The notes beneath the pieces are model-generated. The model saw only the letters and a program-made list of their open reading frames with translations. It did not search any database and was not told where the DNA came from. 48,303 bases of DNA, taken from the NCBI RefSeq assembly GCF_006345805.1, contig NW_021834449.1, positions 1 through 48,303 on the forward strand, in the 5' to 3' direction. The DNA comes from Octopus sinensis (lineage: Eukaryota). This document shows, piece by piece, positions 25,025 through 37,023 of the stretch. Within the stretch, counting starts at the first letter, position 1, and every line of letters begins with the position of its first letter. The position numbers and the translations under genes were made by a program.

Positions 25025-25124
25025 ACCACTACGTACGTTTCATGCCCATAACCTAATTCGAATTACAATAATTTAAATTCAATTAATAATTCGAATTATG
25101 GTTATAGTCAATCTTCAGGTTAAA
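25025..25124 (-). ncRNA. Degenerate hammerhead-like motif with long stem II
   Basis: CUGAAGA (25118-25112), then an ~70-nt hairpin (ataaccataattcgaatta / taattcgaattaggttat), then GAAACGUACGUA (25041-25030). Stem I is mismatched. Confidence 0.55.
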
Positions 25125-26647
25125 GATAATAGTTAAATAAATAAGCAAATATATTTAAACAATATTTTTTAAGAAATAAATAAAATAATAATTTTTCTTA
25201 TAAAAAACTCTATTATCAAACTAGAAACTTTAACAATTATGATTATGTCATACAATCCAATTATAAAGTTAAATATTAATTTTGAAGGTAAGAATAGATA
25301 GAAAATGTATTTATCTATTCAGATATAATATGGCTTTAAAAAAACATAATAAACTCACGAATAACCTAATCTCAGTTATAGTCAATATCTAATTACCTAA
25401 TTATTTAACAAAAAAGCAATCAAAAAAATAATCATTATTCATATTATTAAATTTAAGTTCAAATCAAATAATTATAAAATATTTGAATAATAACTAAATT
25501 ATCAATAAATATATAATATATATAAATATAAGAATTAAGATCTAAAATTATCTCTATCAATAAATATGTATACGTATAATAAAAAACTAAATAAATTAAT
25601 TATTCATTATTACTTATGAAATATATTAAAATTAAAAGATTAAAGATGAAAAAGCAAATTGTAAACAAATAAACTATCTTAAAAGAACCCTATAACTATT
25701 TAACGATCCATATATCTCGTTGGCTAATTAATAACTTACAAAAACTGTATAGTTAAGAACTAATAATGAAATACATATCTTCAACAACTAAATACTTATA
25801 CAATGAAATTATCAATCTGTAGTTATATAGTATCCAATAAATACTACGAATATATTTATCAATGAAAAATACTACTACAAATTATCAATTGAAAATAGCT
25901 ATATATAAGCTATAATAGAACAAAGTCAACTATTAGAGATATTTATGAATATATAAAATAGCTTAAAAAAACATAATAAACTCACAAATATCCTTAACTC
26001 AGTTATAGTCCAAAAATTTAATTACCAAATTATTTAACTAAAAAATCGTTATTCATATATTAGATTTAAGTACACATCTAATAATTATAAAATATTTAAA
26101 AATAATAACTAAACTATCAACAAATATAGAGATTAAAGACTAAAATTTATGCTATCAATAAATGTATAGACATGAAACCTAACTTTAAAAAATCGTATTA
26201 CTATTAACGATCTATATATCTCTTTGGCTAAGTAAAGTCTTACAAATAAACGTAGAGTTAAAATCTAATAATTTAGTTTTAGTTAATAGCTAACTGGACT
26301 CACATATCTTTTTTTCTCATAAGGATAAATATGAATCTCCTAGATACTATTCTATTTCCTTTGTAAAAAATTTGTTTATGCTTCTTGTACTGAAGATTAG
26401 TGATATATAATTAATTCTATTCAACTATAAATTTGCATGATTTTTATATCACTGTACAAAATGATCATGTGCATGAATTAAGATTCTCTTATATATTTTA
26501 ACATCTCTTCTCGATTTTTAACAAAATGCTCGGGTTTTATGGGATTTTCTTTCCCAAAATTCACAACACACCATATGTATGTATATATGTGTATGTACAT
26601 TTATATATATGTGTATGTACATGTGTGTGTGTGTGTGTATACATGCA

Positions 26648-27060
26648 TACTCTTTTACTTGTTTCAGTCATTTGACTGTAGCCATGCTGGAGCACCACCT
26701 TTAGTCGAGCAAACTGACCCCAGGACTTTTTCTTTATAAGCCTAGTACTTATGCTATCGGTCTCTTTTGCCGAACCGCTAAGTTACAGGGACATAAACAC
26801 ACCAGCATCGGTTGTTAAGCGATGTTGGGGGGAAAAACACAGACACACACACATATATGTATATATATATATATAAATATATATATACACACACACATAT
26901 ATATACGATGGGCTTCTTTTCAGTTTCTGTCTACCAAATCTACTCACAAGGCTTTGGTTGGCCCCAGGCTATAGTAGAAGACACTTGCCCAAGGTGTCAC
27001 GCAATGGGACTGAACCTGGAACCATGTGGTTAGTAAGCAAGCTACTTACCACACAGCCAC
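26648..27060 (-). mobile_element. tRNA-derived SINE
   Basis: Same family as 7293-7710. Confidence 0.9.
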
Positions 27061-27101
27061 TACTGTTTGTGTATATGTATTATTGTGTGTATGTATGTAT
27101 G

Positions 27102-27142
<41 letters not shown>

Positions 27143-27644
27143 ATATATAAAACTGAAATGCCTTTTTACCGCTTGGTTCGCTTTCAATGCCACTACATCC
27201 CGTCCGATTCGCTCCAAAATTTACAGGCACATGTAGAATGAGGTGACGATGCGCGTGGGCTACCTTAGAAATCCCTATCTTAAAAGCTTTGGTTTCTAGG
27301 GGCCATCTTCTTACCTCACCCTATTTCCTCCAGTACTCTGTCACTCCACTTCATTTATAACTTTCAGAATGCCACTACGGTTATTTAAAGTATCTGTCAC
27401 TATCGCTATTTCCTTTCTTTTTCACTGACTCTGTTTCCTACCTTCCTATCACTTCGGCAGCGTTCTTTGAAGTATATGTCTGTCACCAACAATCAACACA
27501 CGAGCATGAGAACAAATATTATGAATCAGATATTCTTGCGTTCATTTATATGTGTGTGTGTGTGTGTGTGTGTGTTCTATATATAAATATGTATATATAA
27601 TGTATGTGTGTGTGTGTGTTCTATATATAAATATGTATATATAA

Positions 27645-27675
<31 letters not shown>

Positions 27676-27898
27676 TCTATATATAAATATGTATATATAA
27701 TGTATGTGTGTGTGTGTGTTCTATATATAAATATGTATATATAATGTATATATACAAAGTGTATATATCTGTATTTATGTATATTAAACTTTTTCATACT
27801 TTTTCATAGTTATATATATTTTTAAACAAATTATAAATATAATTTCATAATTTTTATTTTCAATTTAAATAATTTAAAGTTTTCAATTTTATATTTTA

Positions 27899-28915
27899 CT
27901 AGCAGTATCGCCCGGCGTTGCTCGGGTTTGTAAGGGAAATAACTATATAAGCATTTTTAGTGAGTTATAGCAAAAAAAATAGCAAAAAATGCATTAAAGA
28001 TGGAATAAAAAATGATAGTAATTTCTTTTTTAAATCGTTGACTCATCGTAGACATTTTTAGAGAGTTACTTCCCTTATATAATAGCGAAAAATGCATTAA
28101 AATGGAATAAAAAAATGATGGTAATTTTTTTTTTCATCGTTGACTCATCGTAGACATTTTTAGAGAGTTACTTCCCTTATATAATAGCGAAAAATGCATT
28201 AAAATGGAATAAAAAATGATGGTAAATTTTTTTTAAATCGTAGACTCATCGTAGACGCGCACTAATACCCAGAAGGGCTCGATATGAATCACGACTATAA
28301 GATACCCGGTTTTGGTTACACTGCACCGCAAAATGTGGGAGTAGTTAGGAATCTAAATCGTAGGAGACAGACACACAACCTTACTTTTATATATAAAGAT
28401 TTGTGCAACAACTAAAACATTCGGTTGTGCAAATTGTTTGCACAGGAAACCTGCCCTGTGTGGCAGTTTTTGCCGTTTTTGTGCATCTGTTTCAGCTTTT
28501 TTAGCGATTTCTGTTTTGGCGACTTCAAGCCATGAAGTCGTTGTTCTAAAAGAACGCTGGTCTCCTTCACAACGCATTACGACGTTGATTTCCTTACACT
28601 CCCTTCCCCACAGCTTCACGAGGGAGGGAAGAAGGGGGAGAAGCAACACAGGTGCAGGCGTGAGCGTGGACGCCAACTCCGCCGCCATCGACACACGAAA
28701 AAATATGCATTAAAATGGAATAAAAAATGATGTTAAATTATTTTTAAAATCGTACACTCATCGTAGACGCGCGCTAATACCCAGACGGGCTCGATATGAA
28801 TCACGACTATAAGATACCTGAATTTGGTTAAACTGCACCGCAAAATTTGGGAGTAGTTAGGAATCTAAATCGAAGGGGACAGACACTCACACAACTACAG
28901 TTTTATATATATAGA
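27899..28915 (-). mobile_element. Nested non-autonomous Helitron (second family) with two 5' ends
   Basis: Minus-strand 3' end CCCGAGCAACGCCGGG..CTAG|T at 27899; 5' TC-TA-rich ends at 28399 and 28915; internal ~90-bp tandem repeats. Confidence 0.85.
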
Positions 28916-29904
28916 TATATTTTCTATGTTATATTTTCTTTTTTTATGTTTTTGTTTTTGGTTTTTCACTGTTTGATTTGCCTATTAGTGGTTTTATCTC
29001 TAATTTAATTTATACAGATATATATCTCATTTGTATATATATAATGCGTGCACACACACACACACATATATATATATACACATATATATATGTGTGCATT
29101 ACGTAGTCGGTCGATTCACCTGAAAATATGCACACCTATGTTAAAGGTGCTGACAAGTTTGCATCACAACTATTTTGTTCCTCAAATGAAAGGCGTCACC
29201 TCTAGGACAAAATTCCTCATCTTATAAAATGTGGCCCCAGTACACCCGAATGAAATCGGGTTATATTAACCAAAATGTGAAAAGGGGTCTAAATGGGGCT
29301 CGAAGGGGATTAAAATTTCAAAGAGCGGGTGTTTAGGAATTCTCTGTTGCATCAAGCTAAAAAATTTGCGCCAGCCTTTTAATCATCAATGTGTTGCCGT
29401 CCATGATAAAGAAGTTTTGAATGCTTGCCATGGTGAGTCTACTGTCGTGAGAAAGAATCACTTCAAAAATTGGTGTTTACGAATTTTCTTTTACATCAAG
29501 TTCAAAATTTTACGCCAGCCGTTAAACTGTCACTACGTTGCTGTCCGTCGTTAACAAATGCCAGCCATGGTGACTCTACTATCCTCGCATTCTATCCCTT
29601 CAAACTTTGGTTTCCAATATTTTATTATTTTTATTCAGCTCGCAAGTTCGTCTGTCCCTTTTGAATGTTAGCGTTTTGCTGTCTGCCTTGAAGCAGACCT
29701 TTCCATTGCCACTGCCTCATATTTCTGATTGATCTAAATATTTTATTTCTCAACTTACTCAAGATCTTCTGTTGTTTATAAATGGGAGAGAGAGAGATAG
29801 AAAAGATAGAGAGTAAGAGAAAGCGAGGGAGAGTCAGAGAGAAAAGAAAAGTAAGAGAGTGGGAAAGTGAGAGAGAGAAGGAGAGAGAAAACAAATACGG
29901 AGAA

Positions 29905-30212
29905 TCATCATCATCATCATCGTTTAACGTCCGTTTTCCGTGCTAGCACGGGTTGGGCAGTGTGACCGGGTCTCGGAAGCCAGGAGGCTGCACCAGGCTC
30001 CAGTCTGATCTGGCAGTGTTTCTACAGGTGGATGACCTTCCTAACGCCAACCACACTGTGAGTGTAGTGAGTGCTTTTTTCGTGCCGACGGCACTGGTGC
30101 CAGGGGGGCTCGCAGTGGCAGCGATCGGTTGGTGCTTTTTACGTGCCACCAGCACAGAAGCAAGTCAAGGCGGTGCTGCAATCGGCCACGTTCGGATGGT
30201 GCTTTTTACGTG
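29905..30212 (-). mobile_element. RTE 3'-end fragment with (GAT)n tail
   Basis: catcatcatcgtttaacgtccg.. is homologous to the RTE 3' end at 18055 and to 38677. Confidence 0.8.
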
Positions 30213-30281
30213 CTGAAAGGAAGCAACAGAAAGTAACACCCACACTCTTACCCGCGCGTAGAGCGGGTCACCTTCAGCTAG

Positions 30282-33200
30282 TCTATATATAAAACTGAAA
30301 TGCCTTTTTACCGCTTGGTTCGCTTTCAATGCCACTACATCCCGTCCGATTCGCTCCAAAATTTACAGGGACATGTAGAATGAGGTGACGATGCGCGTGG
30401 GCTACCTTAGAAATCCCAATCTTAAAAGCTGTGGTTGCTAGGGGCCATCTTCCTACCTCACCCTATTTCCTCCAGTACTCTGTCACTCCTCTTCATTTGA
30501 CAATGCAACTACCGTTATTTAATGTAAAGTCTTCCTCAAATCGCTCTGTTGCTCTTTACTCTCTTCCAAGAACATTTTCACTCACTCTATCTCTTACCTT
30601 CCTATACATTTTACTCATGTATCTATCAGCGTTCATGGACAGTAACATATTACATCGCCATCGCATTCTATTGTCTACCTGTCAACACACACACACATAT
30701 ATACATATATCTAATATATTTTTATTTTTATGTTTGCGTTTTTTTTACTGTTTCATTTCCCTTTTAGTGATTTGATCTCTAATTTTATTTCTACAGCGTG
30801 CACACACACACACACACACACCTATATGTGGGCCCCAGTACACACGAATGAAATCGGGTTCTCTTCATCAAAATGTGAAAAGGGGTCTAGAATTATCATC
30901 GCCACAACTTATGTTTTTCCTAATGATAATTATCATCGCCACCACCAACACACAATCATGACAATCTTTCTCTTAAAACAAATCATGTTTACATTGCAAA
31001 ATATTTCATTTTCCCGTCCTCTCTTTCATATATGTGACCCAGGTTTGGGTGGCTGCACAACTACAATTAGACAACGGCTAAAAACATTCGATGTTGATAA
31101 TGCCTGGATCGTTCCATTCAACCCTTTGCTTTCCAAAACATTTAATGCACACATTAATGTTGAGTACTGCAGTTCGGTGAGATGCATACAATACCTCTGC
31201 AAGTACATTAATAAGGGCGATGATATGGCCGTGTTTGTGTTCAGTGATGAAGACCTTAGACATGACGAAATTAAACAATTCGTTTTCGGAAGGTATGTAT
31301 CCTCCAATTATGCAGCGTGGCGCATTTTTGGATACGAGATTCATCTCAGCTCACCATCAGTTTCCCACCTGAATGTTCATTTACAGAAGAGACAGCTGGT
31401 TTACTTCACAGAGAAAAATGCACGTTAAGTCATTGAAAATCCAAAAGGGACTACACTTACAGCATTTTTAAAATTGTGTTCAGTTGATGAGTTGCTGCTA
31501 CTCTCATTTACCTTGAAGTACCGGAATATTACACATAAACAAACAATAATTGGAAGCGCAGGTCACATGGAACAGAACTTGACAATTGGCCCGGTGTTTC
31601 TAGGAAGAACGTCATTGGGCGTGTGTATAATATTCATCCTACCAAACAAGAAATCTCTTTGAGAATGCTACTTCATGTAGTTACTGGACCGAAGTCTTTT
31701 GCTGATCTTCGCACGGATGATGGTATCATCTGCGCCACTTACAGGGAAGCATGTTTGAGGTGCGGACTTCTTCTCAATGACGACCACTTACACAGGACAT
31801 TAGCAGAGGCCTCAAATTGTAAACTGCCATGGCAAATGCGTCGATTGTTTTGTAGCATATTAATCCACTGTAATCCCAGCAACCCTTTTAACCTTTGGGA
31901 ATCGTTCAGACAGAGCCTATCAAAGGACATACAGGCTAATTTAGCGCTACGTGATGGCAACGACGATGTTTATAATGAGGCATTAATCGACATGGACAGA
32001 CACATCAGACCTATGTTATACGGTTTTCGCGGTTAAGTGAATCCATCTGCCAACACCTGTCCATCATGAAGCGCCTTTGGATGTTGAATACATGTCAGAA
32101 AAAAACTACAACATTGCCGATTTGACGGAAACAAGTACGCGAGATGAACCAAGACTTTTGCCTGAACAAAGAGAGATTTATAATGAAATTATTGACAGCG
32201 TTAGATTGAACCAAGGAAACGTCGAATTGCCATTGCATGTGCCTCAAGTGGTATTGCAGCGACACTGCTTCAAGGCGGCCGTACGGCACATAGTGCATTC
32301 AAATTGCCCATGGACATTGGAAAGAAAGATAATCCTATATGTAATATAGATCGTAGTTCCTCAAGAGCAAGAATTCTTCGTGAATGCAGTCTTTTTATTT
32401 GGGATGAGGCTACAATGAGTAATAAGGCCATGTTTGAGGCTCTTGACAGAACTCTCCAAGATTTGCGTCACAATACAAAAATAATGGGTGGAGCTACGTT
32501 TCTCATGGCAGGAGATTTTCGACAAACTTCCTGTTGTCCAAGCAGGCACTAGAGCCGATGAGGTTAATGCATGTATAAAGCATTCTTATGTGTGGCACAG
32601 TGTTATCAGTCGCCATCTTCAAACAAACATGAGAGTCCACCTACATGGTGATGTGGAGTCTGAGGCTTTCACAAAACACCTATTAGATCTTGGTGATGGA
32701 GTTTTGCCTTTCGTTGATGATGAGCATATTCGGTTGCCTTTTGGGAATTTCGTTCCAAATGTAGAAGAACTTATAAGAGCCGTTTTACCTGACGTCGAAA
32801 CGAACTTCCAGGATCTCGATTGGCTAAGAGCAAGAGCTATTCTATCGCCTCATAATACAACCGCTGAGGCTACAAATAAACAAGTACTTGATATGAATCT
32901 GGTGAGTGAGATAGTTCTTTCATGTCCATCGATACAAATAAAGATGAGAATGATGCAGTCAAATATCCACCCGAGCTACTCAACAAGCTAACACCTCCGG
33001 GACTTCCACCTCATCATTTGTGTTTGAAAGTTGGTGCTCCAATCATGGTGCTCAGAAATATGGAAACGCCTGAAATATGCAATGGAACCCGAATGGTTAT
33101 TAGGAGGATTCAAAGCCATGTTATAACTGCTGAAATTTTGAGTGGACCATTTGTAGGAACAATCAAAATGATACATAAAATGAGTATTTCACCCTCTGAT

Positions 33201-34313
33201 GTTCCCATTCAGTTTAAACGCTTTTAATTTCCGATAAAACTATGCTTCGCGATGACAATCAACAGGTCACAGGGACAATCACTGGACATTGTAGGCATTA
33301 ACCTGTCACAACCGGTTTTCAGTCATGGTCAATTGTACGTAGACTGTTCTCGAGTTGGAAATCCACATAAACTCTTCATTCTTGGCAATCATGAGCGCAC
33401 AAGGAACGTGGTTTATCAGGAGGCTCTGACAAAAGAAAACTGATTGTAAGTCATGAAATTTTGCTTGATTTTTTATTTTGCACCTCTTCATTATCTCTTC
33501 ATTCTTGAAAATAAAGACATTAAAAAGAACATGGTTCATAAAGAACGTTGGGTTCAGATGTTTGCAAACATTTGATCCAACTCATTCTCTTTATTCCTCA
33601 TTTTCCGATTCCTTCTACGTCTCCATTAAACGGTTTTGTCAAGTTATTGTTTCTTCGCTAACATAAGACATTCATAAAGTGAATGAGTTGTTAATTACAT
33701 TTTATACACTATTCCATGGTTTAGGTGGTGTCGAAAGGACTGGCATGTGTCACCATATAAACTCTCTCAGTCAAACTCCCAACTCATGAGTTCACATCGT
33801 GATACTCTTCTACAAAACTGAGCTGGGTGTGAATTCTAATTTCATTCACTATTACAGATGTTTTAATTTTTGAAACAAACACATTGCCTCTTTCGTTTAA
33901 AACAATAAAACAATACTACCTTAATAGATTGGTCCAACAAACAAAACATCCAACACTCTCATTCTTTTATGTATCTGTCTTCCTCCATCACTCACTCATT
34001 TTTCTCCCTTCCTTTCACATTCTATCTATAACGTCGTTTCACAGCGTCTACCTAACTTACATTCACTTTCTCTTTATAACGTCGTTTCACAGCGGCCGTT
34101 ATCCCACCTCCCTGCCTTCCACAGCGCTTTCACACACTCTCACTCTCTACGTCTGTCTGCATTCATAGAGAGAATTATCATCGCCACCACTACCACTCAA
34201 TCATGACAACCAATATTATGAATCAGATATTTATTGGGTTAATTTATATGTGTGTGTGTATCTATATATAAATATGTATATATAATAATTTTTATATATA
34301 CAAAGTGCATATA

Positions 34314-34359
<46 letters not shown>

Positions 34360-34422
34360 GTATACATTTATATATATATACCACACTCTTACCCGCGCGT
34401 AGAGCGGGTCACCTTCAGCTAG
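30282..34422 (+). mobile_element. Helitron array unit 2, carrying the decayed Rep/helicase gene
   Basis: Starts immediately after the CTAG of unit 1 with TCTATATATAAAACTG; ends in the same hairpin + CTAG (34419-34422). Confidence 0.9.
31030..33443 (+). pseudogene. Helitron RepHel, C-terminal part (PIF1-family helicase), frameshifted
   Basis: VDNAWIVPFNPLL..AHINVEYC..YLCKYINKG; LRMLLHVVTGPKSFADLRT; IACASSGIAATLL..GGRTAHS; IWDEATM..GGATFLMAGDFRQ; LKVGAPIMVLRN..CNGTR; FAMTINRSQGQSL..FSHGQLYVDCSRV. The HUH Rep motifs and Walker A are not seen. Confidence 0.95.
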
Positions 34423-35064
34423 TATATATATATAAAACTGAAATGCGTTTTTACCGCTTGGATCGCTTTCAATGCCACTACGTCCCGTCCGATTCACTCC
34501 AAAATTTACAGGGACATGTAGAATGAGGTGACAATGCCCGTGGGCTATCTTAAAAGGTGTGGTTGCTAGGGGCCATCTTCCTCACTCACGCTATTTCCTA
34601 CATTCCCCTCTAACTCCCCTTCATTGATAACTTTGATGAGTCCACTCCCGTAATTTCATGTAAAGTTCGTCAGACGGCGTTCTTTGATGTATCTGTCTGC
34701 ATTCATAGGGAGAATTATCATCGCCACACGCCGCCACCAACACACAATCATGAGAACAAATATTATGAATCAGATATTCATTGCGTTCATTTATATATGT
34801 GTGTGTGTGTGTGTGGTCGATATATAAATATGTATATATAATGTATATATACAAAGTGTATATATCTGTATTTATGTATATTAAACTTTTTAATACTTTT
34901 TGATAGTTATATATATTTTTAAACAAATTGGTGATAACATAGGTTTTTCGTATCTATTACATTTTAACATTTATTTAGAACCCTGCAAATTTTTCGTGCT
35001 AAATTTTCATTTTTTACTACTTTATTATTTTTTCTTAAATTGATGCTTTTATTATAATTAAGGC

Positions 35065-35877
35065 ACTGTCATGCTATTAGCTGTCAGAAGTGAAAGTACG
35101 TCAATTTTGTGTATTTACGTCAGGTTTCTACCTTCGTTAATTTACGCCGTTTATTTACGTACCACCACGCTGTTAGGTTTATAAAACAATTAAAGTTCAG
35201 TTTAAAGTTTATAGATAAATACATTTCATTCCATGTTCTGTTTAAACTTTATAAATAAATATATTCTTGCATTATTCATTATTGTTTTTAAAAAAGAAAT
35301 CACACCAAATCTGCACAAATGACCGCGACCACATACACCAATCATACACACGTGTGTGTGTGTATATGTCGCTATATGTCTGACTAACGTGTGTGTCTGT
35401 ATTTACTGTATGTGTGTATAAGTAGTTATATGCTTATATTATCCATTATACTAATATTTGTCTGTTGAAATCTGTCTTCAGGCGGTCAATAGTTTAATTA
35501 AAGATGTGTCTATACATGTATATATATATATACATGTGTATACATTACACATGTATATATGTATACACATGTATATATACACATGTATAAATATATATGT
35601 ATACACATGTATATATACATATGTATATATATACATGTATAGACACATCTTTAATTAAACTATTGACTGCCTTAAAACGGATTTCAACAGACAAATATTA
35701 CTATAATGAGGAATTAAATGTATCTATTTATAAACTTTAAACTGAACTTCAATTGTTTTATAAACCTAACAGCGTGGTGGTACGTAAATAAACGGCGTAA
35801 ATTAACGAAGGTATAAACCTGACGTAAATACATGAAATTGACGTACTTTCACTTCTGACAGCTAACAGCATGACAGT
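35065..35877. mobile_element. Foldback/MITE-like element with long inverted arms
   Basis: 35065-35228 pairs with 35717-35877, and 35444-35522 pairs with 35632-35708; the centre is a CA/TA microsatellite. Confidence 0.8.
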
Positions 35878-36626
35878 CTGGGTCAACAGTTTGTTTCCTT
35901 GGAGGATATGGAAATTCCTATTACCCGTCAGAGAAATAACTACAGCAGCTCACAACTATTTCAACAAAGACAAGGTTACCTGCTTACCAGTCAAATTCAG
36001 CGTCAACGCTCACGTATGAGAGAGACTCCAACACACACACATACACATATATACATATATATATATATAATGTGTGCATTATATGGTCGGTTGGTTCAGC
36101 TGAAAATATGCACACCTATGTTAAAAGAGCTGGCAAGTTTGCATGACAACTATTTTTTTTTTCCTCAAATGAAACGCATTACTTCTAGGACAAAATTCCT
36201 CATCTTATAAAATGTGGCCCCAGTACACCGGAATGAAATCGGGTTATATTAACCAAAATGTGAAAAGGGGTCTAAATGGGGCTGGAAGGGGATTAAAATT
36301 TAACGGAGCGGGTGTTTACATCAATGCGTTCATTTATATATGTGTGTGTGTGTGTTCTATATATAATGTATATATACAAAGTGTATATATCTGTATTTAT
36401 GTATATTAAACTTTTTAATACTTTTTGATAGTTATATATATTTTTAAACAAATAATAAATATAATTTTTTTTTTAAATTTAAATAATTTACATTTTTCAA
36501 TTTTATATTTTATTTATTTTCTATATTATATTTTTATTTTTATGTTTTTGTTTTTAGTTTTTCACTGTTTCATTTGCATATTAGTGACTTTATCTCTAAT
36601 TTAATTTATACATATATATATATACA

Positions 36627-37023
36627 CTAGCAGTATCGCCCGGCGTTGCTCGGGTTGTAAGGGAAATAACTATATAAGCATTTTTAGAGAGTTATAGCCA
36701 AAAAATAGCAAAAAAATGCATTAAAAATTTAAAAAAAATTAAGGTAAATTTTTTTTTTAAATCGTTGACACATCGTAGATATTTTTAGAGAGTTACTTCC
36801 CTATATAAAAGCGAAAAAAATGCATTAAAATGGAAAAAAATATGATGGTAAATTTTTTTAAATCGTAGACTCATTGTAGACGCGCGCTAATACCCAGAAG
36901 GGCTCGATATGAATCACGACTATAAGATACCCGCTTTGGTTAAACTGCACCGCAAAATGTGGGGTAGTAGTTACGAATCTAAATCGTAGGAGACAGACAC
37001 ACAACTTCACTCTTATATAAAGA
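36627..37023 (-). mobile_element. Nested non-autonomous Helitron (same family as 27899)
   Basis: A|CTAGCAGTATCGCCCGGCGTTGCTCGGG at the left end and ttatataaAGA|T at the right end. Confidence 0.87.

Larger units (their letters stand above)
27140..30281 (+). mobile_element. Helitron array unit 1 (non-autonomous)
   Basis: 5' A|TCTATATATAAAACTGAAATG; 3' hairpin ACCCGC-GCGTAGA-GCGGGT followed by CACCTTCAG-CTAG. Confidence 0.85.

Noticed and set aside
22800-26540. Mitochondrial insertion or foreign AT-rich contaminant
   Set aside because: I recognised no mitochondrial gene motifs. The block contains Penelope motifs and a host SINE, and shares a repeat with the neighbouring Helitrons.
27899-28280. 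Regularly repeated ~90-bp units resembling a CRISPR array
   Set aside because: There are no unique spacers, the context is eukaryotic, and they are internal tandem repeats of a Helitron.
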